Shown piece by piece: positions 46,639 to 56,924 of a stretch of DNA of 64,000 bases (positions within the stretch are counted from its first letter, which is position 1; each line of letters opens with the position of its first letter). A program made the translations under genes and the position numbers. The notes below the pieces were generated by a model. That model had not been told where the DNA came from and ran no database searches. It saw nothing but the letters and a program-made list of their open reading frames with translations. The stretch is from the NCBI GenBank assembly GCA_964291655.2, contig OZ219802.1:2528001-2592000 (forward strand). The letters run 5' to 3'. This DNA is from Chloroflexota bacterium. Its GTDB lineage: Bacteria; Chloroflexota; UBA11872; VXOZ01.

Positions 46639-46865
46639 TCTCTCGGCAGCGTGAGGTTAGGAGTGGTGGGACTTTGGTTTCTTTGACTTGCTTCCAGTCT
46701 ACGTGGCGCAAATGAGTGAAGTCAATGAAACTGCACGTCACCCCAGTGGCTGCGTGGTTCCAAGCACCAGCGAGGAATGACCCCAATGTGAAGCCAGGTG
46801 GGACGATCGGGAGAGGCAATTGCCGCGCTGCCAATGCGTAGCGTTCCTGTGATGCCCGATGGATT

Positions 46866-46894
46866 TTGCCACCGCGAACACACTGTGCTATACT
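46866..46894 (+). promoter_or_regulatory. Sigma70-type promoter upstream of rpsO
   Basis: TTGCCA-N17-TATACT with extended TG. Confidence 0.6.
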
Positions 46895-47187
46895 GTTTAC
46901 GTTTGGCTGCAGGTTCGTCTTAGTTCATGCAGCATCCCTGCATTATTTCCCCCTCGGATTGCCTTACCCTTTGCAATCTTCAATGTACTCTATCGTCCTA
47001 GTTAAGTCATGTCTGGCGAACCTGCCGCCGAACGTCTCGCGCCAATAAACTGCATGACCTCGCACCATTGTTGTGGTATTTGCCATAAATCTGGGCTATT
47101 TGATTGCGTTTTGAAAGCGAACGTGCGAGTATAGGGATTCGGAAATAAGCTTGTGAAGCGCAAATTTTGATATGAGGTGAGTGCAGC

Positions 47188-47454
47188 GTGCTAACGACAG
47201 AACAGAAGCAGGGGATAGTCGCCAAGTATGGCCGGGACGGTAACGACACGGGTTCGTCTGAGGTCCAAATCGCTTTGCTGACAAGTCGCATCCAGCAACT
47301 TTCGGCCCACATGGGCGAAAACAAGCACGACAAGCACTCGGAAATGGGTTTGCTCAAGCTGGTAGGGCGACGGCGGCGGCTCTTGCGATATCTGCACCGC
47401 CGCAATCCGGCGCAGTACCGCACGCTCATTGCGGAACTTGGATTGCGCGGCTGA
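47188..47454 (+). CDS. rpsO: 30S ribosomal protein S15
   Basis: DTGSSEVQIALLT.RI..L..H....HDKHS..GL...VG.RRRLL.YL, LGLR. Confidence 0.97.
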   Translation: MLTTEQKQGIVAKYGRDGNDTGSSEVQIALLTSRIQQLSAHMGENKHDKHSEMGLLKLVGRRRRLLRYLHRRNPAQYRTLIAELGLRG

Positions 47455-47477
47455 GCGGCAGTTTCTGCGAAAAGAAG

Positions 47478-47501
47478 AGCGCTACGGTTTTCCGTAGCGC
47501 T
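47478..47501. terminator. Intrinsic terminator hairpin after rpsO
   Basis: AGCGCTACGG-TTTT-CCGTAGCGCT. Confidence 0.7.
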
Positions 47502-47569
47502 TCTATGATTCTGGGCACCCGGTCGAATGGCGCCTCTTTGGCAATTTGGTGGGAGTCTCCGCTTGGACT

Positions 47570-48931
47570 TCAGGTATTATTCGTAACGTCATTCCACTCT
47601 ATGCGCAGCGCGTAAAACTTGTCCGCCATTCGTTCCAACGCTTCGCGTGGAGAGACCTGGCGTAAGAGCACGCGTTGGATTTCGAGCTGGGAAAAGTGCT
47701 CCCATGTCTGAAACCAGGGCACTTCCCGCCCTTCGTGCGTACGGGAGACCTGTCGCTGCTGCAGGTAGGAGTTCATGTTTTCCAGACCACGCTCATCCGC
47801 CAGCCTCTGCACTTGCGGTTCCGCATAGAGCGACTCGTAGGCGCTGCCAAGCGAACGGTTCACAAACCAGAAGAGCGGTGTAAAGTAGCGGTTCTCTCGA
47901 TCGAGTCCGCCGAGGTACTGCAAGAGTTCCCAGGCAGCGTCTTTGTTCCGGCTCGCTCGCGGGATTGCATAGAGTCGAGTCCACATGACCGAACCGCTTT
48001 GAGAGGGATCATTGCCCGGGAAAAGGGCAACGCGGCGGGATCCCGGGGCATTACTTCCCTCCTGTTGGTTGAAGAGAAAATTGTATCCGGGCTGAATAGT
48101 AAACGCCGTTGGGTTGCGTAAGGCGGCTTCATAGCTGCTCCCAAGGACGTCGGCGTGGATTATTTCGGTACTATAGATGCCGGCCAATAACCATGAGAGG
48201 GTCTGCTCCGCGGCGGAACCAGGCAGGTGGAACACGGGATTCAGCAATTCATCGAAGAAGGTACCGCCTCGTGCATACACCATTGACCACCAGTCGATGT
48301 TGGTGCTGGTGTGAAAGCGGTACGTAAGCCGGATCGGGTATTCCACCAGGCCGCGCCGCTTTATCTCGAGCGCCTGCTCCGTTACTTCCTCCCATGTCGC
48401 AGGAGGGAGCGGAATGCCGGCACTTTGGAGAATCTCTTCGTCGTAGACCCAGAGCGCGCACTCCGTATAGTACGGTAGGCCGTAGCTGGCGCCTTTGTGT
48501 TGGATACCCTCCACTGCCTGCGGGACCATGGCTTCACGATACTGATTGATACCGCTGAATCCGTCCAGCGGCTCAAGCCAGTCGGCTTCCGCCCATGCCG
48601 CGAGATCCGTCTCCCGCACGTAGACGGCGTCAATTGGCTGCCCTTCATTGAGGAGGTGGCTGACCGCCTGAAAATAGTCCGAATCTATGAGTTCCGGCGC
48701 CACGCGCAATCCGGGGTACTGCGTGACGAAGCGTTCCAGATTCCAACGCAGCAACTCAGGTTCGTAGCCCCAGTAGACCAGGCGTAAAGACAGTGGCTCC
48801 TGCTCGTTTCCAAACGTCTCACCACGGCTGCACGCAGCAGCCAGCAGGGCACTGGAAAGAAGGAGATGCCGACGGGAAAGTGAATTACCGAGAAAGAGAG
48901 GTGCTTCTAGTCTGCTCACAATTGACTCCAC
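47570..48931 (-). CDS. Extracellular solute-binding lipoprotein (family 1)
   Basis: SRRHLL...AAAC; YGLP, PATWEE, AAWELLQYL. Confidence 0.85.
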   Translation of the reverse strand: MESIVSRLEAPLFLGNSLSRRHLLLSSALLAAACSRGETFGNEQEPLSLRLVYWGYEPELLRWNLERFVTQYPGLRVAPELIDSDYFQAVSHLLNEGQPIDAVYVRETDLAAWAEADWLEPLDGFSGINQYREAMVPQAVEGIQHKGASYGLPYYTECALWVYDEEILQSAGIPLPPATWEEVTEQALEIKRRGLVEYPIRLTYRFHTSTNIDWWSMVYARGGTFFDELLNPVFHLPGSAAEQTLSWLLAGIYSTEIIHADVLGSSYEAALRNPTAFTIQPGYNFLFNQQEGSNAPGSRRVALFPGNDPSQSGSVMWTRLYAIPRASRNKDAAWELLQYLGGLDRENRYFTPLFWFVNRSLGSAYESLYAEPQVQRLADERGLENMNSYLQQRQVSRTHEGREVPWFQTWEHFSQLEIQRVLLRQVSPREALERMADKFYALRIEWNDVTNNT

Positions 48932-49119
48932 ACCAAGCGGTTACTAGAGACGGTACCATTTAAGAGGCGCTTTCGTCAACGGCCGTGCAGTGTGCGCGGT
49001 ACGCCATGAAGTCTGCTAAATGTGAGTGTTGAAAGGCGAATCGGATTCGAGCTCTCGGGAGTGTAGAGAGACTGTCGCTTAGTTCGCGGACAAGAGCTTG
49101 CATGAAAGTGAGTAGGAGC

Positions 49120-49398
49120 ATGGCAGAGAAGATTGTGACGCTGCACCCGGCGGGCAAAGCCGGGGTGAATATCGACAAGCAGAAGTACGACACTGTACGG
49201 GAGGCAATTCTCCAGTCGCTCCAAGATCACGGCGCGATGACTTTCAAGGATTTAACTGCAGAAGTGCGCAGAAGGCTGGAAGGCAGCTTTGCCGGATCGA
49301 TCTCCTGGTACGTGACCACGGTAAAACTCGACTTGGAGGCGCGAGGCGAAATTTCCCGCGTGCCGAAGAGCAGTCCTCAAGTGCTGACCCTCTCCTGA
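49120..49398 (+). CDS. Small conserved winged-helix-like protein (DUF6958-like)
   Basis: HP.GK.GVNI...KY...AIL...F.GSI.WY.TTVKLDLEARG; AGGAG SD. Confidence 0.75.
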   Translation: MAEKIVTLHPAGKAGVNIDKQKYDTVREAILQSLQDHGAMTFKDLTAEVRRRLEGSFAGSISWYVTTVKLDLEARGEISRVPKSSPQVLTLS

Positions 49399-49537
49399 TT
49401 TTGGGCAAATGGAACCTGGTCACAGGCATTGATAGTTGTTAGCGGGAGTCTCGCTTGCACGTGGCTCCCAAGGGCAAGGAGTACGTGCATTTGTTCAAGT
49501 ACTAAACAAAGTGCACCTGTAAATGGTAAGGGAAAAG

Positions 49538-49575
49538 CAAGACGGTCACGGAATTCTCGACCCGTGACCGTCTTG
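49538..49575 (-). terminator. Intrinsic terminator for the 49621-51063 gene
   Basis: CAAGACGGTCACGG / CCGTGACCGTCTTG with an A-run on the left. Confidence 0.7.
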
Positions 49576-49620
49576 TCTTGTTCTGCGACTTTCACTCAGT
49601 GACTTAACACCGTAGGCGGT

Positions 49621-51063
49621 CTACGGCCAGTTGCCGAGCTTCTCGCGGATGGTCGCAACGCCATCATCCACGATCGCCTGCAGGGTCGGCTTCAGCTCCT
49701 TGAGGAAGGTCGCCGCGTCCTGCTCACCGGTCCAAAGCCTGGCGTCGCCATTCTCATTGAGCAGCGTCGTAATCTGACCGCTGACTGGCGTCGTGCCGAC
49801 GTTCCACTGCGGGACGGCGGTCGCGAGCGCGTCCTGCGCCACCGAGATGCGCGGGTTGCTATAGCCGGCGAACGCTTCATTGATGAAGGGCTCGATCTCA
49901 GGAATCCAGGCCGGGATACGGCGTACGAACTTGCCCAAGCGCCCTTTGTCGAGGAGGAAGACCATGTAGTCAAAGGCCGCTTCACGCTTCTCGCTGCCGT
50001 AAACCAGTCCAAGCTTGTGCTGGTTGGCGTCCGGGGTAGAGCGTTCCACGCGCGGCATGGGGGCCATCACGAAGTCGATGCCCTGCTCCAGCGCCTGGTC
50101 GGCATACGTGAGCGGTAGGCTGCGCGGCGCCGAAATCATGAGCGGCACTTGGCCGGTCAGGAAGGGATTCTGGCCGCCGAAATAGGTCGCGTTGCGGTCA
50201 GCCTGCGGCGGAATGACCTTGTGCTTGTGCACGAGATCGAAGAAACTCGTGTAGCAGTCGATCATAGCCTCTGAATCACAGGTAGCTGTCGTCAGGTCCT
50301 GCGAAATCCAGCTACAGTCATCACCCCAGAGCAGTTGCCAGGAGCCCCAGTCGTGCGCGTGGTTGCCCATAGCCCACTGGCTTACCTGGTCGCCCTCGAA
50401 CTCACGCAGCTTGACCATTACTTCAAGCCACTCGTCCCAGGTCCAGGAGTTCTCCACGTCGGCTGACGGATAGTCGAGACCCGCTGCCTCAAAGTAGTCG
50501 GGGTTGATCATGACGACGTGGGCGTTGCCGCCGTGGCCCATGGGCAGCAAGTAGACCTGCCCCTGGAACATGGCGTCGCGCTCGAGGAGATTCGGGTTGT
50601 AGACGCTCAGGTCGAGGCCGCGCGCCTTGACCAGGTCGTCCATGTTCTGGGCGAGGTCCTGCATCACCTGCGCAAACGCGCGGCGCGGGAACTCGGAGAT
50701 GTCCGGCGGAATGCCGCCGGCTTGCATGGTCTTGATCTTAGCGACACGGTCAGCCGTACCGCCGACCTGAGAGACCAACTCGATGGTCGTGCCCGGGTTC
50801 TCAGCGATGTACGGGTCGGCCATGTTCTGCATGTAGTCGGCTTCGAGCTCGGTCGGCACCTTCAAGAAGGTGACAATGTTTACACTCTCGGCTTCTTGGG
50901 CCGGCGCCGCTTCTTTCGCTTCCGGCTCAGCCTTGGCTTCTTCCATCGAGCCAGAGTCTGCCGGCGCTGCGCCTCCGCAAGCTGCGAAGACTATGGACGT
51001 TGCCCCCAGCATGGCCGATCCTGCGAGTAGGCGACGTCGGGATAGAGACTTGCTATCGAGCAT
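49621..51063 (-). CDS. Extracellular solute-binding lipoprotein (family 1, Tat-type)
   Basis: SRRRLL...FAAC, Ala/Glu/Pro linker, PPD, Y.LP, WTWDE. Confidence 0.88.
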   Translation of the reverse strand: MLDSKSLSRRRLLAGSAMLGATSIVFAACGGAAPADSGSMEEAKAEPEAKEAAPAQEAESVNIVTFLKVPTELEADYMQNMADPYIAENPGTTIELVSQVGGTADRVAKIKTMQAGGIPPDISEFPRRAFAQVMQDLAQNMDDLVKARGLDLSVYNPNLLERDAMFQGQVYLLPMGHGGNAHVVMINPDYFEAAGLDYPSADVENSWTWDEWLEVMVKLREFEGDQVSQWAMGNHAHDWGSWQLLWGDDCSWISQDLTTATCDSEAMIDCYTSFFDLVHKHKVIPPQADRNATYFGGQNPFLTGQVPLMISAPRSLPLTYADQALEQGIDFVMAPMPRVERSTPDANQHKLGLVYGSEKREAAFDYMVFLLDKGRLGKFVRRIPAWIPEIEPFINEAFAGYSNPRISVAQDALATAVPQWNVGTTPVSGQITTLLNENGDARLWTGEQDAATFLKELKPTLQAIVDDGVATIREKLGNWP

Positions 51064-51269
51064 TGCGCTACCTCCTTACTACTTGTCAATACGCACTACT
51101 GGCAATAATACGTGCCAGTGCCACCCCTGATAGCAGCAGCAATTCTAAAGCGATTGTTGTCGTCTGTCAAATGTGGTAGGGGAGGTACATATCCAGCGTT
51201 TCAAGCTGCGGCGTTTCAAGCCAGGAATTTTGATCAGATTGCTAGTCCGTCAATTCTGCCAAAACATGG

Positions 51270-51298
51270 ATGACAAGCTCTTGAAAACATGCTATAAC
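51270..51298 (+). promoter_or_regulatory. Putative sigma70 promoter for the 51547 gene
   Basis: ATGACA-N17-TATAAC with extended TG. Confidence 0.5.
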
Positions 51299-51546
51299 TA
51301 CCTTGCAGTTCTTGCCTATTTGGCGAGCGAATGGTGCGTACGCTGAGGGTTCATACAAAGGAGGAGTTCATAGCATAGACGCTCAGCAGGAAAGAGCGCT
51401 CTCATGTGCGGGTAGCAGCTCTTAAGCAGTGAATAGCGTGCGAGAGGGTGCTGATTGGTTTACGAATCGACCCAGGACAATAGCTTGAGGGTATACCGCC
51501 CGCGGGTAAGCTTAAGACAGAGACAGCAGTCTTGAGGAGACAAATC

Positions 51547-52938
51547 ATGCGTGGAGAATTGACACGACGGCAATTGCTTGGTAGCAGTGCGGTAGCCGGT
51601 ACCGGCCTGCTGCTCGCGGCCTGCGGTCAGGCGACGATGGCGCCTGCCGATGCACCTGCAGCAGCCGATGCACCTGAAGAAGAAAAGACAACCGAGGCGC
51701 CGGCAGCCGCTGAGCAGAAGATCGTCAAGTACCTGCACGTCACCACGAATCAAGCGGTGTGGGACGAGTCGTTTGGCGCTTTCTTTGATACGTTCCGCGA
51801 GCGGTATCCGGAGTACGACCTGCAAGTCGACCCGACGGTTTGCTGTTTTGCGGAAACCATTGATAAAGCCTTAGCGTCGTTTGCCGGTGGCATATCCTAC
51901 GACGTGTACTACGGCCACTTTTCCTACATCAGCCAGTTCGCGACGGCGGAAATGATCCAGTCCCTGGAGCCGTTCTTGTCGGCGGACGCTGAGGTCAGCA
52001 AGGACGACTACCACGTCTGGGCGACGGAGCGCATCCAAGGTCAGGTATACAGCATTGCCTGGTTCACCAACGGCAAAGAGTACTGGTACAACGCCGATCT
52101 CTACGCCGAGGCCGGCCTCAAGACCCCCAAGGAGCATGAGGCTGAGGGCACATGGACCTGGGATACGTTGCTGGAAGGCGCAAAGAAGCTGACCACGCAA
52201 GAGGGCAACAACGTCACGCAGTGGGGTTTCTGGACGCCTTCCTACTCATTTGGTTGGCACTGGATCCACTTGATGGCGTATGGCGCAACGTGGTGGAATG
52301 AAGATTTTTCCGCACCGTCCATGCTCTCACAAGAGTTCGCCGAAGGCACACAATTTGCCGCTGACTTGGTGACGAAGCACCGGGTCATGCCGAGTCGGGC
52401 CGCCCCAAGTGAAAACGACGTTGCTGCGGACTTTAACACGCAACTGCTCGCGGGCCGCACCTGGGGATCGTACGGCACGCGTACGATCGAAGAGCAGATC
52501 ATGTCCCAGGAGGAACCGTTCACGGTGGAGATGGAAATGCTGCCGAAGGGCCCGGCCGGGCGCCAGGTGGTGCAGTCCATCAACGCGAACTGGATCTCCA
52601 GCTCGTCGGAGAATCCCGATGGCGCATGGGACTTCTATAAATTCTGGCTGAGCCAGGAAGGCCAGAGCTTCATCGTGCCGCTGGGCGGCGGGCGCTACGT
52701 TTCGAACAAGAACTTCCAGGGCTTCACGGTCTATGACTATGAGGATCCGGAAGTCTACGCGCGCTCTGCCGAGATCAGCGTGGAACAGCGCCAGGTTGTG
52801 AAGCAGTCTGACGTCAACGCAGCATGGACCGAGAACTGGGAAGCCTTGGAGCTAGAGACCAAGACGGTCCAAGAGGTCCAGGAAGAGATTCAGCAGGTTG
52901 CGGAGAACGCGCTCCGCGAGGGCGGCTGCCTCTGCTAA
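51547..52938 (+). CDS. Extracellular solute-binding lipoprotein (family 1, Tat-type)
   Basis: GAGGAG SD; TRRQLL...LAAC; YNADLY..AGL.TP, WTWD, LPKGP, AW.F.KF. Confidence 0.88.
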   Translation: MRGELTRRQLLGSSAVAGTGLLLAACGQATMAPADAPAAADAPEEEKTTEAPAAAEQKIVKYLHVTTNQAVWDESFGAFFDTFRERYPEYDLQVDPTVCCFAETIDKALASFAGGISYDVYYGHFSYISQFATAEMIQSLEPFLSADAEVSKDDYHVWATERIQGQVYSIAWFTNGKEYWYNADLYAEAGLKTPKEHEAEGTWTWDTLLEGAKKLTTQEGNNVTQWGFWTPSYSFGWHWIHLMAYGATWWNEDFSAPSMLSQEFAEGTQFAADLVTKHRVMPSRAAPSENDVAADFNTQLLAGRTWGSYGTRTIEEQIMSQEEPFTVEMEMLPKGPAGRQVVQSINANWISSSSENPDGAWDFYKFWLSQEGQSFIVPLGGGRYVSNKNFQGFTVYDYEDPEVYARSAEISVEQRQVVKQSDVNAAWTENWEALELETKTVQEVQEEIQQVAENALREGGCLC

Positions 52939-52994
52939 CGTCTGATCGCCACAATTTGGTGGCTTGAGCAATTGCAGCAATCATAGATTGCAAT

Positions 52995-53026
52995 GCGTAG
53001 GGGCACGACATGTCGTGCCCCTACGC
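52995..53026. repeat. Perfect 32-bp GTAG-type palindrome
   Basis: GCGTAGGGGCACGACATGTCGTGCCCCTACGC; 28-bp core identical at 58191-58218. Confidence 0.85.
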
Positions 53027-53096
53027 TGTATTATGGACACCGCACGAATGCGGCATCTTTTCCAAGAGCAAAATGTAGTGTGGAGGGAGAAGTACT

Positions 53097-53915
53097 GTGG
53101 CAACCGAAACCAAAGTGGCTTTGCGCATATTGGGAACGCACTGGTCTACGCCGAATGCGCGTGATGCCGGCTGGGTCGAAGATGCATTTGACCTCAATCC
53201 GGCGGAGACCGGCTTTGTGGCGCTCCACCTGTGGAATGTGGGCGACGTAAACGGGCCCGCTGTACCGGAAGACTACTTTGTGGATATGGGCATCACTGAA
53301 GGCCAGTTGGAGTCGGTGCGGATTGCAGACAACTATATTCGCCCGGCGATTGCGGCAGCGCGCGCGGCAGGCATGCAAATCTTCCACGTGGAGCCGGGGA
53401 ACATCGCCATGAAGTACGACTCCGTCCACTACATGTTGGAAGAGGAAGACACGAACCCGCCGCCCGGTCCCGCGCGGCCGCCGGAAGCCAATCCGGGTTG
53501 GAACCTGGAACGCGCGGAACGCTCCCATGGCGCCGGGTACCGTGACTGGGATGGCTGGGAGCAATTGCGCATCATCCAATCCTGCGACGCTGAGCCCGGC
53601 GACCAGGTGATTCTTACCAGCGCTCAGTTCGACCGCATTTGCCGCAGCAAAGGCATCAAGAACCTGATCTACACGGGCTTCGCGGCGAACATGTGCATTT
53701 TGGGCTCCGCCGGCGGCACACAACCCATGCTTGGGTATGGATACAAAGTCTTTCTCATCCGCGAAGCGACTTTGGCAGTGGAGTATCCGGATACGTTTGC
53801 CGAGCGGCTCATGACCCGGTCGGCGCTCAAGTACTTCCAACAAGCGGTGGGCGATACAGTCGGCTACGAACAGTTCATCGAAGCCTGCGAGGCGGTAGCG
53901 GCGGCGCAGCGTTAA
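53097..53915 (+). CDS. Isochorismatase/cysteine hydrolase family protein
   Basis: AARAAGM.I.H, GIKNLIY.GFAANMC, L.REAT. Confidence 0.78.
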   Translation: MATETKVALRILGTHWSTPNARDAGWVEDAFDLNPAETGFVALHLWNVGDVNGPAVPEDYFVDMGITEGQLESVRIADNYIRPAIAAARAAGMQIFHVEPGNIAMKYDSVHYMLEEEDTNPPPGPARPPEANPGWNLERAERSHGAGYRDWDGWEQLRIIQSCDAEPGDQVILTSAQFDRICRSKGIKNLIYTGFAANMCILGSAGGTQPMLGYGYKVFLIREATLAVEYPDTFAERLMTRSALKYFQQAVGDTVGYEQFIEACEAVAAAQR

Positions 53916-54014
53916 GTAATCGACGTGAAAGGACGCGTACCCGCGCTTTAGTCATTTGATTCCGCGCACAGATTGTCGCGGTACATCGCCAAAGAACAAA
54001 GGAGTTTGGGGCAG

Positions 54015-55178
54015 ATGAGACGAGAGACCGGCCGTGGCAAATCCCAATTTCCCCGCCCATGGCGCAGCTTGTGGACAGCGATTGCAATCCTTGTGCTCGT
54101 TGTTGCCGCCGCGTGCGGGGGCGACGACCCGGACGTTGAGCCGGCGCCGTCCGAGGCGCCGGCGATTCGCGTGATCGCCGTCACGAATGTCCTCGCGGAC
54201 TGGGCAAAGGCAGTCGGCGGCGACCGCGTGGAAGTAGCCAGCCTCATACCGACCGACGTGGACCCGCACGGATTCCAACCCGGCCCCCGCGACGCGGCGA
54301 AGATTGCAGAAGCCGATTTGATTATTGCCATCGGACTGGGCATGGAAGGCTTCTGGCTCGATGAGCTCTTGCACAACGTGGCGCGGGATTCGTCAATTGT
54401 GCTGACGTTGGGCGATCTCGTCGACCCCATTCTGAACGATACAGAGGATGAAGGCGGCCACACTGACGACGAAGAAGGTCACGACGAGGATGAAGAGGGT
54501 CACGCCGACGATGAAGGTGAGGGCCACGATGATGACGACGAAGGGCATGCCGACGATGAAGAAGGCCACGCCGAAGATGAGGATGAGGGCCATGCCGATG
54601 ACGAAGATGAGGGCCACGCCGATGACGCAGGAGAACATGGGCACGACCACGGGGCGCATAACCCGCACTTCTGGTTCGATCCGCTCCGTGTGGTACTCGC
54701 GGTCGATGCGATTGCCGCCCGTTTCGCGGAGCTCGATCCGGATCATGCCGACGAATACCGGGCCAATGCCGCCGCCTACAACGCGGAAGTCCTGGCGTTG
54801 CACGCCTGGACGCTGGAACAGGTCAGCGCGGTGCCGGCCGCAAAGCGGCTGATCCTCGGTTCGCACGACTATTTCCGCTACTTTGCGGTACGGTACGAGT
54901 TCGAGGTTGTTGGGATAATCCTGTCGATTGCCGAAGACGCGGAACCGTCCGCTGAGCACCTGGCGCATCTCGTAGACATAATGAGAGAGCATGACGTGCA
55001 GGCCGTGTTTGGTGAGAAGATTGCCCGGGAGCGCCTGGCAAGCGCCTTGGCGAATGAGGCCGGCGCGACGCTCGTGCGGCTCTACTCGGATTCGCTCGGG
55101 CCCGAAGGCAGCGGCGCGGACACCTATATCACGATGGTGCAGTTCAACGTCCGGCTCGTAGTCGAGGCGTTGCGATGA
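54015..55178 (+). CDS. Zn/Mn ABC transporter substrate-binding lipoprotein (ZnuA/TroA family) with a long His/acidic loop
   Basis: AAAC lipobox, DPH.F.P, NPHFWFDP, HD.F.YFA, EPS, DSLG. Confidence 0.92.
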   Translation: MRRETGRGKSQFPRPWRSLWTAIAILVLVVAAACGGDDPDVEPAPSEAPAIRVIAVTNVLADWAKAVGGDRVEVASLIPTDVDPHGFQPGPRDAAKIAEADLIIAIGLGMEGFWLDELLHNVARDSSIVLTLGDLVDPILNDTEDEGGHTDDEEGHDEDEEGHADDEGEGHDDDDEGHADDEEGHAEDEDEGHADDEDEGHADDAGEHGHDHGAHNPHFWFDPLRVVLAVDAIAARFAELDPDHADEYRANAAAYNAEVLALHAWTLEQVSAVPAAKRLILGSHDYFRYFAVRYEFEVVGIILSIAEDAEPSAEHLAHLVDIMREHDVQAVFGEKIARERLASALANEAGATLVRLYSDSLGPEGSGADTYITMVQFNVRLVVEALR

Positions 55179-55963
55179 ACGCGGGCGCAGACGACACGCA
55201 GGAGCAGTCTAGCGACGCGACCGCGCCGTCACTTGCCGTGGAAGACCTCTTCGTGGATCGCGGAGAGGTCCAGGTGCTCAACGGTGTCAGCTTTGCCGCG
55301 AGCAGTTCGCGCATCATGGGCGTCATTGGCCCCAATGGCGCCGGCAAAAGCACGCTCTTCAATACGCTCACCGGGCTGATCCCGGCCAGAGAGGGCCGGG
55401 TGCGTATTAGTGGTAAGTCGATAGGCGAGTCGCGGGGGCAGGTTGCGTTCGTGCCGCAGCGCCAAAACATCAACTGGGATCTGCCCATGACCGTGTGGGA
55501 CATGGTGATGCTGGGCCGAACGCGCCAGATCGGGTGGTTTCGCCGGCCAGGGAGTGCCGACAAGCAAGCCGTGGAGGACGCCCTCAACCAAGTTTGGATG
55601 TGGGACAGGCGCGATGCCCTGATTGCGGAACTCTCCGGCGGGCAGCAGCAACGAGTATTCGTCGCCCGCGCCCTGGCGCAGGATGTGCAGGTGCTGATTC
55701 TGGATGAAGCCTTCCGGGGAGTGGATTTTACCTCCCAAGAGGTCATGACACTGGTGCTGCAGGAGATGCGGGACGCGGGGAAGACCATCCTTCTCGCTTC
55801 GCACAATATCAGCTACATCCGGCGGTTGACCGATGATTGCCTCTGCCTCAACCGCCAAGTCATCGCCTGCGGGCTCACGTCGGAAGTGCTGGTGCCGAAA
55901 GTCATGGACGAGTTGTACCGCTCGGTGGATATCTACCGGGCCTACGAGAGCGAGCACCGCTAG
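55175..55963 (+). CDS. Zn/Mn ABC transporter ATP-binding protein
   Basis: GPNGAGKS, VPQ, LSGGQQQRVF.ARAL, LDE. Confidence 0.92.
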   Translation: MNAGADDTQEQSSDATAPSLAVEDLFVDRGEVQVLNGVSFAASSSRIMGVIGPNGAGKSTLFNTLTGLIPAREGRVRISGKSIGESRGQVAFVPQRQNINWDLPMTVWDMVMLGRTRQIGWFRRPGSADKQAVEDALNQVWMWDRRDALIAELSGGQQQRVFVARALAQDVQVLILDEAFRGVDFTSQEVMTLVLQEMRDAGKTILLASHNISYIRRLTDDCLCLNRQVIACGLTSEVLVPKVMDELYRSVDIYRAYESEHR

Positions 55964-56785
55964 ATGGAGGTCCTTGCCGACATCTTCATTGCTCCCTTTC
56001 AGTACGGCTTCATGCTGCGGGCGCTGATTGTCTCGGTGCTTGTGGGGGTAATGTGCCCCATGCTGGGCGCTTACGTCGTGACCAAGGGCCTGGGGTTTAT
56101 GGGGGACGCGCTCTCCCACGCCGTGTTGCCCGGCATGGTGGCTGCGTTCGTAATTGGCGTCAATCCGTTTTTGGGAGCGATGCCCATGGGCATCGTGGTG
56201 GCGCTGCTCAGCGGCTACCTCATTCGACGCGCCGGTATCAGCGCCGATACCTCTGTAGGCATACTCTTCGCCGGCCTCTTTGCCTTGGGTGTAGTCATGT
56301 TGTCCTTCACCCGGGGTCTGCGCGTAAGCCTGGAAGACATTCTGCTGGGACAGGTGCTGGGCGTAACCACCCAGGACGTGCTCTTGACGCTGGTACTGGC
56401 CGTGCTGGTACTGGCAGTCCTCTATCTGCTCCATAAAGAACTGGTCTTTGCCAGCTTCGACCCAGCGGGGGCGACGGTGATCGGCCTGCCCACGCAGGCG
56501 CTGGATTACCTGCTCTTGGCACTGCTGGCGGTCGTGATCGTGCTGGCCATCCAGGCGGTGGGTATCGTGCTTGTGTTGGCGATGCTCATCACGCCGGCGG
56601 CCACGTCATTCCTGCTGGTGCGCAATTTCCCAAAAGCGATGTTCACCGGTTCGCTCTTGGGATTGACCTCGGCTGTGTCCGGGCTTTACCTTTCCTACCA
56701 CTATAACCTGCCGTCGGGGCCTTCCATGGCGCTGGTGGCTACGGTGATTTTTGCGGTTGTGGTGGCGGTGAAAAAAGCACGGTAA
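55964..56785 (+). CDS. Zn/Mn ABC transporter permease
   Basis: GDALSHAVLPG, SFDP, VG..LV.AMLI.PAA, PSGP. Confidence 0.93.
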   Translation: MEVLADIFIAPFQYGFMLRALIVSVLVGVMCPMLGAYVVTKGLGFMGDALSHAVLPGMVAAFVIGVNPFLGAMPMGIVVALLSGYLIRRAGISADTSVGILFAGLFALGVVMLSFTRGLRVSLEDILLGQVLGVTTQDVLLTLVLAVLVLAVLYLLHKELVFASFDPAGATVIGLPTQALDYLLLALLAVVIVLAIQAVGIVLVLAMLITPAATSFLLVRNFPKAMFTGSLLGLTSAVSGLYLSYHYNLPSGPSMALVATVIFAVVVAVKKAR

Positions 56786-56924
56786 CATCTGCATGGTGAA
56801 TTGCTGTAGGTGTGGCACATTGGGATATGCAGCGACAGGAATTCGGCGTGTTTGAAGATGTCAGCGGAATTCGTCCGCCCGCAGTGCCACGTATCAAGAG
56901 TATTCGAGAATAAAGGAAGCTCTC

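Noticed and set aside
51340-51540. Known riboswitch (glycine, cobalamin, TPP, SAM)
   Set aside because: Consensus cores were not found by eye; kept only as an unexplained leader.
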